Shown here piece after piece: positions 11,441-23,039 of a stretch of 64,000 nt of DNA. Each line of letters starts with the position of its first letter. The first letter of the stretch is position 1. The notes under the pieces were generated by a model, which saw only the letters and a list, made by a program, of their open reading frames with translations, had not been told where the DNA came from and made no database searches. A program made the position numbers and the translations under genes. This DNA is from Eutreptiella sp. 'Long Island Sound 2002' (lineage: Eukaryota; Protista; Euglenida). The stretch lies in assembly GCA_964036045.1 (NCBI GenBank), contig OZ038378.1, forward strand, positions 39,494,001 through 39,558,000, in the 5' to 3' direction.

Positions 11441-13265
11441 TGACAACCACTCCCTGGACGAAGGCCATCTGTGTTTTCTGATCTAACCCCTAATCACCTG
11501 AGATCCTCTAATCTATCCCTCTATCTTACGTGTTTGGTACTGCATGTAAGTTGGTATGCTTTTCATCGGAGACACAAGGCAGGCACTGTGCAAGCAGTAC
11601 CCGTAACCACGAAAAACTTGTTGTTTTACTTTTTTTTCCGAATACTTGAATTCTTGATTCTGGAATTTTCCTATAAGGAAACGTGGAATTTCTACCTTTA
11701 TAACTTCTTGCATGTATCGTCATTTTGCCTAGATTACGTGACATATTGTTAAAATCTTATTTTCTTTGATTTTTGCGACGAGGAATTAGCATGCGTCTCG
11801 GCGCGCCGCCTTTCTCTGTGTGTGAATCCATGCATTTAACAATTCCTGTGATGACAAAAAAAGACGCAAACATGTGCAATTAATGCACATGGAAGTTCTG
11901 GACAAGTATGTGCACTCAGAGAAATTCTAGCCTTTCATCTGACGGATTCAAGTGCATTGTCGATCGTCGATTCGTAATCAGGGCCTCAGCCCTTGCATCC
12001 TCTCTGTTATAATGTCCCTGAGTGGCTGAAGCGAAGTAGGCCGCGTTCTAGCCGAGCCACAGATTCTAGAAAGACTGTCCAGCACCCAGAGGACCCCATT
12101 AAAGGGGTAATAAGGTTTTACACCCCCGCTTTAAGGACAGGGCAGATGCAGCCTGTAGGTACGAGAACCACCTAGACCACGAGCCCTCACCGTGACCTGC
12201 CTTGAGCTTCATGGTTTACCTCTTCGAGAGAGGGATGCATAAGAACATGTCCTTGCATGCCCATTCCAGCCCCCTGCCAAGCCACAGCCGCCCAAGTACG
12301 CTAATGAGCGCAGTGGGGGCTGTAGGAAACTCTTACAAAAAGGCAAAAACTGGCAACTGCCCTGGTTCAGCGCCCAATTTCAGTGTGTCGGATGCCAAAG
12401 GTAATTTGAAAAAATGCTAAAACCATGGGAAGGCCAAGAAAAATTCCCTCTTTTCCTTAAACGCGACTGTGATGGCCACCACCGCACAAGGGAAGAGTAA
12501 GAAAAAGTGTTTTATCATGCCTAGGGGTAAGCTTTAGTTGTGTTAGAGATGCTTAGAGGCATACTACATTTTAATCTTAGTATTCGCCTAACCAAAATGG
12601 GGATGAAGCATTTTGACGTATAAAACCAAACACAAAAACAGACCAAGGATGTTGTATGGACCCTTGACCCCCCAAACGCTTTTGATGTAAACACAAATTT
12701 CCTGACCGACTGAGCCGCTGCTCTGAGTTCAGAGCCTTTATATTTCTCAATATTTTCCCATGAATGCCTAGCTATCCTAGTAGTGTGCACCCTAGGGGGC
12801 TGGAGTACCTCTTTCTGATAGGTCGTAGTTTCAATACCCAGTCAACCTAGCGAAGTAGGATGATCCCATGTGACATGGTAGTGATCTCAGCGCCACATGC
12901 CATACCTCCTCAGCACCTATGGGACCCAAAACAAAGAGTGTACATCTCTAGATGGCACTATAAAAGGAGAGAGTGCCCATGTGGGGAGTTTTCCAACTAT
13001 GGCTTTTCAATGTGTGATCCCTGTGAGTTGCTTTGCTGTGAATGCATTGTAAAATGTAGATTGTAGATTTGTTACTGCAGCCCTTCATGTAGTGGATTTT
13101 GAGATCTTCTTGTGCACTGTTTGGACTACTTGGACTTCTATTTCATTTCACAAAACTCAATCAAAACAGGTGGAATCCAGGAAGCAGCAAGGAACAAGCA
13201 GGAACAGCACATCAACAAACAAATCTACAACTTCACGAGGGAAAGTTGTTCAAACTTTCTGGGTT
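11440..13265. repeat. Left arm of a long degenerate inverted repeat (X1+Z family)
   Basis: The reverse complement aligns block by block with 18361-18780 (for 11440-11830) and 13980-15399 (for 11830-13265). Confidence 0.85.
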
Positions 13266-15352
13266 GCATTATCCATCATCCTCACGTAATGTAAAGTGTA
13301 CTGCAACAGCACGCTCGGAAAATGCATCTTTCATCAGGCAATCCTTCCCGCACCGGTATCATGCTGGGCGTCATGTTGTCCCGAGATGCAACAAACAGTG
13401 TGAATATGTGGTTTCTCTTGCATGTTGCCTGTAGGGGTAGGGCAGGGACTTTGGGGTAGCCTTATCCGTTATCTTTTTTTTTTCGATGCCGATCATTTCT
13501 TTGTAGAGGTTGTATTTTTTCTTAGATCCCAAAGTCTGTTCCTGAAACGTTGTTTTATTTTTTTTTAGATTTGCAGCGGATGATTTTTCAGAGAGCCATC
13601 CAAGGTTTTAGTCCCTTTTGACATTTTGTTTAGAGGTTTCCTATTAAAATTGAGATCTTTTGTATTTTGTTAGAGGTTCTATCTTTTTTCAGCGCATCAA
13701 TATAATATTTTCGCATCTAAAAGTTTCTTTGTCCAGGAGGATCCATCCCATCAGTCATGTGGAGGATTCTTGATTCAGTGAAATTCTGCATATCCATTGT
13801 ACACAAAAGGCTAATGTCGTGTGTTGTAGAAAGCACGGGGCAGCTGAGGCGCCAGGAGTCTGGGATTTGAAGGCTCAAATGTTGCAACTAAGCTCTGACA
13901 TACTACAGCTTGAAGCATGGGGATTCGGCCGAGACACAGTGCCCATTGTGTCAGGTATTAGCCATTTCCGCGTTCGAGGCTTTAGAACGTTTGATCAATT
14001 TTAACTGATGAAGTTCCTGAATCGTGTATTGATATGCTGCTCCTGCGTGTTCCTTGCTGTGTCATGCATTCAAAATGTTTTGGTTGAGCTTTATGAAATC
14101 AAACCCAAAAGCCAGTCCTAGTAATCCAAATACTGCTGAACAGGATCTCAACGTCCACTACATGAACTGCAGTCAGAGAGGAGTGAAGCTACAATGTATT
14201 TACAGCAAAGCAACTCCAAGGACCACAGATTTAGAAACGATATTTCCAAAGCTGCCCTCATGGGCACTCTCCGATTTCTTAGTGCCATCTACAGATGTGG
14301 ACTCTTTGTGTTGGGCCTCATAGGTGCTGTGTTGGCATGGCTTGTGGCGCTAAGGTCACTGCCATGTCACATGGGATCTTCCTACTACCTAGGCTGCCTG
14401 GGTATTGAACCCAGGACCTCTCCAAAAGAGCTAGCCCAGCCACCTAGGGTGCTCACCACTAGGATAGCAAGGCATTCATTAGAAAAAATAGAAAAATGTA
14501 AAGGCTCTGAACCAGAGCAGCGCCTCATTTGCGCCAGAAAATTGTGTTTTCGTCAAAGCATTTGGGGGTCAGGGGTTCACAAAACATCCATTGTTTAGTG
14601 TTTGGTTTTATAGATCACAATGCCTTGTCCCCATTTTGGTTAAGTCTATACTAAGATGAAAATGTAGTATGCCTCTAGACTCACAACTAAAGCTTACTCT
14701 GGGTATGGAAATACACTTTTTCTCACCCCCCCATTGTGCTGTGGTGGCAACCACTGTCATATTTTAAGGGAAAAAAGGGTATATTTCTTGGCCTCGCCAT
14801 GGTCTTAGCATTTTTCTGAAATTACTTATAACCCCCCTCACACTGAAATTGGGCGCTGCACCCAGGGAGTCGCCAGTTTTTGCCTTGTCGTAGGATTTTT
14901 TGCTACAGCCACCAATGCCCTTATTAGCGTCCCTGGAGCAGCTGTGGCTTGGTAGGGGGTTAGAATGGGCATGCAAGGCCATGTACTCATGCATCCCTCT
15001 CTCCAGGAGGCAAAACACAAACTTCAGCGCAGGACACGGTCAGGAGTTGCTGTCTTAGTCATTGCTGATCCTGCGGCGTTGCCTTGACCTGTTCTTAACG
15101 CGGGAGGGCGATGCAAAAATTCATTGCCCCATTAAAGGGGTCTTCTGATCCTTGACAGTCTCCATGAGGCCGTGGTTCGGACCGAACACGGCCTACTGCG
15201 CTTCAGCGTCTCAGGGACATCTGCACAGAATGGATGCAAAGGATGGGGCCCTGATTGGGTGTCAACGATCAACGATTCACCAAAATCCGTCAAATGACGG
15301 CCTAGAATATTTCTGCGGGCACAGACTTGTCCTGGATTTCTTTGTGCATTAA

Positions 15353-16339
15353 ATGCACATGTTTACATCTTTTTTTTGTTATCATAGGAAATTTCAGATA
15401 AAAAAACGTCGCCCGTGCCGCAGAGATTCAGAAGATAAAACAGCGAAAAAACCGCTTATTTCAATTTTGAACACAACCAATCCTAGCTTTACGACAGAAA
15501 CAATGTTACGGCATCAAATTCCACATGAAATGAAACATTCCAATCACAGCATCCAGCAGTCCCCTGAAAACCTACACAATGTCGCAATTTCAAATCGCCA
15601 AATAACAACTGCAATAACAGAGATCATCCGCAGCGTTTCCGGAGCCCCTCTGTTGACACAACCTGTCCCTGAAGAACCTTTGAAACCACCCTCATTCACA
15701 GGCTATGTCCAGCACGTCAAGGAAGATGAAGCTTCAGCGGAATCCTTTGAGAACAGTGCTGGCCAGGTACCCTCCACTACCGTAAACACACAGTCATTAT
15801 GCCCAGATACTCCATTCTTCTCGAAAGAAACAAACGAAACACAAGCGTTCGAAAAAAACGTAAACAACACTCCTCCGCCGCATGAAAATTTATACCCGCC
15901 ACCTTCCGCCAACTGCACAGGCAAGCAATCGTCAACTCCAGCAGACGAAAGGGGCAGAGCGCCAACAGAGTCACCATCCACAACGACAGTAGATGCTACG
16001 TTGAAATGTGCCTCCAATCCACAACACACTCTATCTAAACCTGTGACTGCCGAGGCCAACACCTTTGCACCAACTACGCTGGCGGCAAGGACAGTTCAAG
16101 TTCCGCCACACCGAGCCCTTTATCATCAGAGCGCTGTGTCCAACGATGAAACATCCGAATCTAACACCACCATGCCACTGCTACCTAAGATCTCACTCCC
16201 GAAGCCACCCACTCCTGTGTTTACAGCGGAATTTCCGAAAGCCGCACATCGTGCAAAAATGAAGAAAAAATCCAAGCGTCAGCTCTTCGCAAAAACAACA
16301 GAGGCCAAGGACGACATTTACCTTCAGGAAGCCTCATAG
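15353..16339 (+). pseudogene. 328-aa S/T/P-rich ORF, probably the 5'-truncated frame of the inserted element
   Basis: From the ORF track. Its start codon lies outside the TSD in flanking DNA. Broken coding-like frames follow to about 17830. No domain recognised. Confidence 0.35.
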
Positions 16340-18360
16340 CGCAACCAGCTTACAAACCAAGCTCTCCATTCTCTTTCCAATACTCATTGCTTCGCCATCT
16401 CAAACCTTGGTGAACGACACCCGAATATCTCTCTTACGCTATGCATTCCAGTCGGTTCGAGGCATCCACCGAGATCTAATCGTTATACAAGAAAATGAAA
16501 TCCGCCTCGCAATCGTTGCTAGCGCTGCTCAGAAGCGTACAAATCCTCTTGAAGATCACAAGAAAGCCGTTACTCCAAAAACATGAGCTTTCCACCCTCC
16601 AGGGACAGTGAATCACAACCCCCTGACCTGCAGTCATCAAGTCTTAGTGAACGGAGGACGAATTCGCCATCGCTCTCAGGCAAGTTCTGGGATACGTCAG
16701 ACTCCGAGTCGTCCCAAATAATCAAGGAGACCATCACCTCCTCAGGACACTGGAAAGACCCCAACGCCTCGTACGATTCTCCACTGCAACAGTAGAAAGC
16801 CCTGTGTTGGGGGCCCAGTCACCTGTCCCCGCTAAGGCGTTTCTCCGAACGAGAGGCCTCGATAAGAGACGAAATCAGTAACTTTGCGTTCTTCCAATGG
16901 AATGAGCTCCACGATGACTTTGAAACCACCTTGAGACAGTTATGGGACACGGCCCTAAGAGTGCCTGCTGCTAAGTTAATGACGGCCCTTTGGGACGAAT
17001 ATTCTACATTCCTTCACACTTCCTCTTGCAATTTCTGACATTTTCACCTACTTTGTTGCCAAAAACTTGAATGTTCTTTCCGACATGCCATCGTCCATGA
17101 GTCTGCCAACTCACAAGTATCGCTCCTCGAGTCTTTCGGAAACCATATCAGGAATGACATCCATCACACACACAGACTGAAGACATACAAACTGTTCGGT
17201 CCTGCCCCCCTCACCACGAACGGATTGGTTATGGCCCAAGCAATCAGGACACGCTGCAAAGATAACCCTTTCAGACTCGCCTGGTTACAAATGTCAACGG
17301 TGGCAATGCCGATCCGTTCCACCACACCGACATCACGCTCCAGAATTTCCTACGGATACAGGGGTTGCTCAGAGGCCCGGCGATTTCCCACTTCCCGGTC
17401 AAAACACCAACAAACGATTGGTCTGAGTCAGCCATGGTTAAGCTGCCCCCAAAGTCCTGGTTTGACCTGGTTGAAGACGAGCAGTCAGTTCAAGAACACA
17501 AGGATTGTATGGCAGCAATTCTGCTGCAATCAGCTGATATCTTTTCCTCACCTCTAAGCTCGTGTGCCTTCAGTGAAACCCCACCAACTGTGTCAGACTT
17601 GCCCACAGACCTGAATTTGAGTTTTGGCCCGGCTTTTTATACGTCAGCTGGGGTAGAAAGTGCCTCCAGACCTGTCATCCAGACCCACGTTTTGAAAGAA
17701 AGGGCCCAACTCACAGGCTCAGCTCCAGCTATTCACTGCACCTCACACTTACTTCACCTAAACGATCTTTTCCTCGAGTCCTGCAAGCTGCTGTGGAATT
17801 CAGTGAAGGAAACTTCTTCTAAGACCGGATAGACAAGCGAAAAGCCGAGTCCTGACTCGGAGACGAGGGAAAGACCAAGTCCTGGGTAAGCAGACAAGGT
17901 AGAACGGAGTCCCGGAACAGAGATTCCCTCCAGTACCCTCCTCAATCACATGGGAAGAAGGAAACAGAGTCCCGAAAACGGCACGGCCATCAGTAGGTGA
18001 CAACGTGAAAACCGAGTCCTGAGAAAAGGCACAGCCAAAAGTAGGTGACGATGTACCTGAGGTCCCAAACGACATGTTACACACAAACCACAACATCAAG
18101 TGCACGGTGTTTTCGCATCTCAGGCCTCTTCCCAATGGGGGAAAGCGTATCAATCCACTCACATGGCGGCTCTCTCTAATTTCCTACTGTTCATACGACC
18201 AAGCATCGTATTGTTCATACAACCAAACGTCAGAACTGCTTAGTTTTCTCAGTGGTATGACAATCATAACCCTCAAATCGCAGTAACGGAATGAAGCCCG
18301 CTGTGAAAGCTTACGCAGCCCCTAGCACCCCGGGGATTGAGGGGATGCATAGTGCAAAAA
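15400..18360 (+). mobile_element. 2.96-kb insertion with a perfect 14-bp TSD (AGGAAATTTCAGAT) and a short A tail
   Basis: TSD at 15386-15399 and 18361-18374. The segment is absent from the left arm, ends in GCAAAAA and has no TIR. Confidence 0.75.
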
Positions 18361-19079
18361 AGGAAATTTCAGATTCCTCAATTTGCACACAGAGACAAGC
18401 GGTGCGCTGAGGCGCATCCTAATTCAGCGCCGCAAAAATCAATGAAGATAAGATTTGAACAGTATGTCATGTAAGTAAGAAGAAAGGATGAGACACACAA
18501 CAAGTTGTAAACATGGAAATTCTACCCCTGCTTACAGGAAAAAAAAAGAATCAAGAGTTTTGAAATTCGAAAATTGAACAGAAAATACACGACGTTTTTG
18601 CTTGTGCGTATTGCTTGCACCCTGCTTGCCTGGTGTATTAGACGAGTAGCATACACACGGCTGTGTAGCAACAAAAACACCGAATAGAGGGATTGATTTG
18701 AAGATCTCACAAGAATTGGAGGTTAGAGGACAAACAGATGGCCCTCGGCCAGGGAGGGGTTGTCTCGGGGGGCTACCAGTCTTGCCCTGTGCCAAAGTCG
18801 GTGCAACTGTGGCGACTGATCTTACACGATAATTTCCCCTTTTTGTAGCTCTGATTAGAACAAGCACACGAGTGCTTACTCGCTTTGTTTCGTTGTATTC
18901 GTCTTTCCATCCATGTTTTGCTACTCGAGGGGTAGGTAAGGTGCTCAAGCCCAGGAGGTGCCACCGCCTGGTTGAGTCCCAGCCTTCGTGATGGGATAGG
19001 GGATCAGTAAAAGGGCACGGTTGTGCAGAGATCATGGATAAAAGGTAAAGTGCAGCGCAGTGCACAGGATGCCGGACTC

Positions 19080-19690
19080 CTGCATGCCTATGGAACATCA
19101 AAGGGTAGGCCACTCGTGGTGCGGTTATAAAACCCTTGTTTAGGTTACCATGGGCCTCTGCCCTACGTTCTTCGCAAGGAAGGGCGGAGTTCCACAACCT
19201 TGCTTGCTTGATAGGACAGTTTGGGAATAGTCAATAGTTTTGAAGTGTAAGACTCGTATAATACGGCAAGGTGTGTTGAGATGCAGGCCCGAACTGTTCT
19301 TCATGTGCATCTTTCAGAGGGGAAAGGGGAAGGGTGAATTGGCGTCATCTAAAAGCCCTGCTAACCAGGGGCCCTGATCACACAAACAAAGATGCGAAAA
19401 AGAATCTCTTCATCGTGGTCAACACCTACTTGCGCTGTGCACGCCAACAGAGTACTCGTTCCCTCGGAGCCCTAGCACGGATACGCCTTGTGGCGTCCCT
19501 GCTACGCCACAGCCGCTTATTAGCGCTTTGTTCTCTTGCAATCTCACAGGTGGGCCACTAGGGCCTGAGTCATCATCATGAACACCACCAAGTCGCGTGT
19601 GAGTGTAGAAATGATAGGCCTGGATGAGGGCCAAAGTACGGCAGTGCTTGCTCATCCTTGGAAGGCTGGTGCCACAGTTGACTCGGGCCC
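19080..19690 (+). repeat. Dispersed repeat 'X2' (copy of 8200-8830)
   Basis: Direct by-eye alignment with 8200-8830. Confidence 0.85.
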
Positions 19691-19702
19691 TGCAACGTGG
19701 GG

Positions 19703-20075
19703 ACGTCAGGAAAGCATCGGATGGCGTCAGGATAGCGTCAGGATGGCGTCAGGATGGCATCAGGATGGCGTCAGCAGTGCGTCGGGATGGGGTCGGGGTG
19801 GCGTCAGGATGTGTCAGGATTGCATTCATGATGCCGTCAGGATGATGGGTAGTTTGGCATCAGGATGGCGTCAGGTTGCGTCAGGATGCGTCAGGATGGC
19901 GTCAGCAAAACGCCAGAATAGCATCAGGATGCCGTGAGGAAGCGCCAAGGTGGGGTCGGGATGGCATCAGGATGGCGTCAGGATATCATGGTCGCATCAG
20001 GATGGTGACACGATAGCGTCAGGATAGCATGAGGATAGCGTCAAGATGGCGCAACCAGGCCTGATGGCATCTCAG
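19703..20075 (+). repeat. 11-bp minisatellite (GGATGGCGTCA)n, array 1
   Basis: Read directly, with degenerate units such as GGATAGCGTCA and GGATGGCATCA. Confidence 0.95.
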
Positions 20076-20449
20076 GGGGTCAATCAGGCCTCGAGGGGTT
20101 GATACTTACCAGAAAGAGGTTACAAAGAAAAGATAAAATGTTGTATAACGTACAAACCTGATGAGACATTTTGAACATGTTTTAGAAGGCTTTGAGGGAG
20201 GAAATGCCGAAAAATAATTCTCGAACAGAAAAATATCTTTGCTCTCTGACATAAGGATGCTTTAACGGAATGGCTAGCTCGTTAGAGCAGGGAAACCGAC
20301 GCGTACTCCCGAAACCCCATCCTCAGTCCTTATATGAAGAAAGTGGTTTACAGGTATGCAATTTACAACTGTTCAGTTTTATTTTGTGTTTGTGCCGTTT
20401 GATTAAGATTAGTGGTTGAATTTTTCTGTCTGTTCTGCTTGTGCAGGGC

Positions 20450-20826
20450 GACACAAGAAGCAAGTGAAGAAGAAGGAGAGGAAGAACTGGAGGGAGGAAT
20501 ATGAAGAGAGAAAGAAGGTGACGAAGAAGACGAAGAAGAGCACAAGAAGAAGAAGGAGAGAAGATAAGAACGAAAAGAAAGGGAAAAGAAGACAGAGCCA
20601 AAATCCAAGGTCTGCTTGCCGCTGCTGCTGCTCAAGCTGCCGCTGCCGCCGTGCTGCTGGATCTGCTGCTGCTAGCTGCTAGCGCTGCTGCTGTTTGCTG
20701 GTGGTGGTGCCGCAGCAGCTTGCTGCTGCGGCGGCTGCTGCCGCTGCATGCTGCTGGTGTTGCTGCTGCTTGCTGATGGTTGTACTACAGCTTGCTGCTT
20801 CTGCTGCTGCTGCTGCTGCTTGCTAT
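20450..20826 (+). repeat. GAA/GAG purine tract followed by (GCT/CTG)n trinucleotide tracts
   Basis: Read directly. It may be a decayed acidic/Ala-rich exon: there is a GTATGC..TGCAG intron-like segment at 20354-20446. Confidence 0.8.
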
Positions 20827-20829
20827 GTA

Positions 20830-21435
20830 TGTTGTTTGAGTGTTCCCGCGTGCTGCGAGTTTCATTTGCGTGTCCGTGCGTGCTGTCAGTGTCATTTGAG
20901 TGTCCTCGCGTGCTGTGAGTGTCAATTGAGCGTTCGCGGGTGCTGAGAGTGTCAGGTGAGAGTCGGCGCATGCTGTGAGTGTCACTTGAGTGTTTGCGCG
21001 TGCTGTGGGTGTCATTTGAGTGTCGGCGCGTGCTCTTAGTGTCATTTGAGTGTCGGAGCGTGCTGCGAGTGTTCTTTGAGTGTCATCTCTGTGTTGTTTG
21101 AGGTGCAGCAATGCATTCTGATGCGCAGGGTGTCAGGGCGAAGATCGCAACGTGTGTTTGTTGTGTGTCAGCGCGCTCTGTGTGTGTCATTTGTGCGTCA
21201 GCACGCTGTCTGTGTGTTCATTGTGTGTCAGCAAGCTCCGTGTGTGTGTCAGCGCGCTGTCTGTGTGTTCTTTGTGTGTCCCGCGCTCTGTGTGTGTCAT
21301 TTGGGTGTCACCGCGCTGTCTGTCTGTCCATTGTGTGTCAGCTCGCATCCCGTGTGTCATTTGGGTGTCAGCGCGCTGTCTGTGTGTTGTTTGTGTGTCA
21401 GCGCGCTGTCTGTGTGTCATTTGTGTGTCAGCGTT
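20830..21435 (+). repeat. Two adjacent TG-rich 30-bp minisatellites
   Basis: Consensus units are about GTGTCATTTGAGTGTCGGCGCGTGCTGTGA (20880-21075) and TGTGTGTCAGCGCGCTGTCTGTGTGTCATT (21165-21435). Confidence 0.9.
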
Positions 21436-21450
21436 TCTTTGTTTACAGCC

Positions 21451-22641
21451 ATGTTGAATTATAATTACACTGGGTGTTGGATCTATTTTCTGACTTTTTT
21501 CATGGACTTGTCGCCGTTTACATGGGTCGAGGTGGTCATTGTGATCACCTTTTTACGTGATGGAGAATTGCAAGGAATGTATGCACCTGCTTGCCGAACG
21601 ATGCTCTTTGAAGTCGTTTGCCGAAAAAAAATGATGTCAATTATTTGTGTCTGTGTTGTTTTTCAGCGTATCTAAAACATTGGGAATCACACGCAAAGCC
21701 GTCCGCAAAGCCCTAGATTCCGTGTGCGCAAAAAATAATGGAGTGCAACCCATTCGCTATTCGTTTTGCACGGCGCTGGGATAATGTGGAATTTGAGAAC
21801 CAGATTATGCGCTACATCTCTGCCATCGTCGATCTGACGCATGTGTATGTTGCGAAAGCACAAGATCCTGCTCTCCGGCGCGTGGTATGGTTTAACAAGG
21901 GATATAAGCAGGGGCATACTATTGTTCTCAATGTGTTCATCACTTGGGGATCAGAGGACATTGCTTGTTCTTGGTGGTATCCACCAAAAGCTTATGACGC
22001 TGACATGACAGGAGACACGGAGGCTATATTGCCATGGGTATGGAACGGACCTGGGCCGGATATGCTGCTTGGCGTTTTGCATTATCGCACTTGTCTACAC
22101 CTGATAGCGCGACTAGCACGGTCTGCAGCAGAACCACGTCCAGGATTGCTTGGTTGTGCTGGCAGAGGGCAATGTGGGCTTGGCCGTGGTGCAGCTGCCG
22201 CTGCTAATGGGCGTGGAAGGGGCCGTATAGTTTCGCAACCACTTCGACACGGACAACAAGCTGCAATGTATGCCTACAACCGGTTCTACAACAGAACAAT
22301 GTTCCAGGTAAGAGTTTCATTTGTCATGTCGTTAGCCCGTCCGGGGATGCGTGTATTTATCTTGTTCCTGGATACTCATTGTTGTTTCCCAGAAACGTAT
22401 CATCGTTGAGAATTGCTTCTCCAACATCAAGAAATTCGGGTTTTTTCAGCGGCGACAGCGGCGTGCAGGCCTGTCTGACAACGACACGGTGGCGAAGCTC
22501 TTCATATTTGCATGTGCACCTCACGATGCCCAGCAGCAAATTGACATCATCCCCTGGTGCCGGCTGTACGGGGAGAAAAGTCTTTTTGCGGAACGGCACC
22601 GTAAGGAAAGTGCAAAGATAAGGAATCTCCATGTTTGCTAA
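21451..22641 (+). pseudogene. PIF/Harbinger-ISL2EU-type DDE transposase (DDE_Tnp_4-like) with two GT-AG introns; likely inactive
   Basis: Splicing 21579-21666 and 22308-22392 gives an HTH-like FLRDGELQGIVSKTLGITRKAVRKALDSVC, first Asp AIVDLTHVYV, YKQGHTI, DMLLGVLHY at the second-Asp position, and YNRFYNRTMFQ|KRIIVENCFSNIKKF (R-x3-E-x2-F-x3-K motif). A +1 frameshift lies in the A6 run at 21730-21735. No TIRs found. Confidence 0.8.
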
Positions 22642-22857
22642 CAGTGATTGTTTGCAAGTTACCAGAATGATTTCGTTTGATGACTTGAAGTGTCTTGGTT
22701 GCATGCTACATTTCTGTATTGCGTAAGGGTACTTGCAATGGTGCGCAAAACTGTTTTTTTTATTGGAATGGATAATTTCTGCAAAAATTGAAGGTAGGGT
22801 CAGGGTTAGGGTGGTACTGCCGTACTGCAATTGGGCCCAGAGCTTCAAGGGCAGCAC

Positions 22858-23035
22858 GGTGCGTCGGGACAGCGTCAGGGTGGCCTCTGGATGGCGTCAG
22901 GATGGCGTCAGGATGGCGTCAGGATGACGTCAGGAATGCATCATGGATGCGTCAGGAAGCGTCAGAGTAGCCTCATGGTGGCGTCAGGAAGGCTCTAGGA
23001 GAGTTTAGCGTCAGGATAGTGTCTGAATGACGTCA
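22858..23035 (+). repeat. 11-bp minisatellite (GGATGGCGTCA)n, array 2
   Basis: Same unit and orientation as 19703-20075. Confidence 0.95.
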
Positions 23036-23039
23036 CACA

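Larger units (their letters stand above)
13980..18780. repeat. Right arm of the inverted repeat, interrupted by the 15400-18360 insertion
   Basis: See left arm. The Z part (13980-14400) also recurs at 29100-29580 and 40085-40590. Confidence 0.8.

Noticed and set aside
13995-20175. Hammerhead ribozyme cores at CTGATGA (about 14004 and 20159)
   Set aside because: No stem II followed by GAAA and no closing helices are present.
22795-22811. Interstitial telomere
   Set aside because: Only three degenerate hexamers, which is too short to support the call.
3640-23035. CRISPR array interpretation of the 210-bp, 30-bp or 11-bp repeats
   Set aside because: Units are head-to-tail without unique spacers, there are no cas genes, and the context is eukaryotic.
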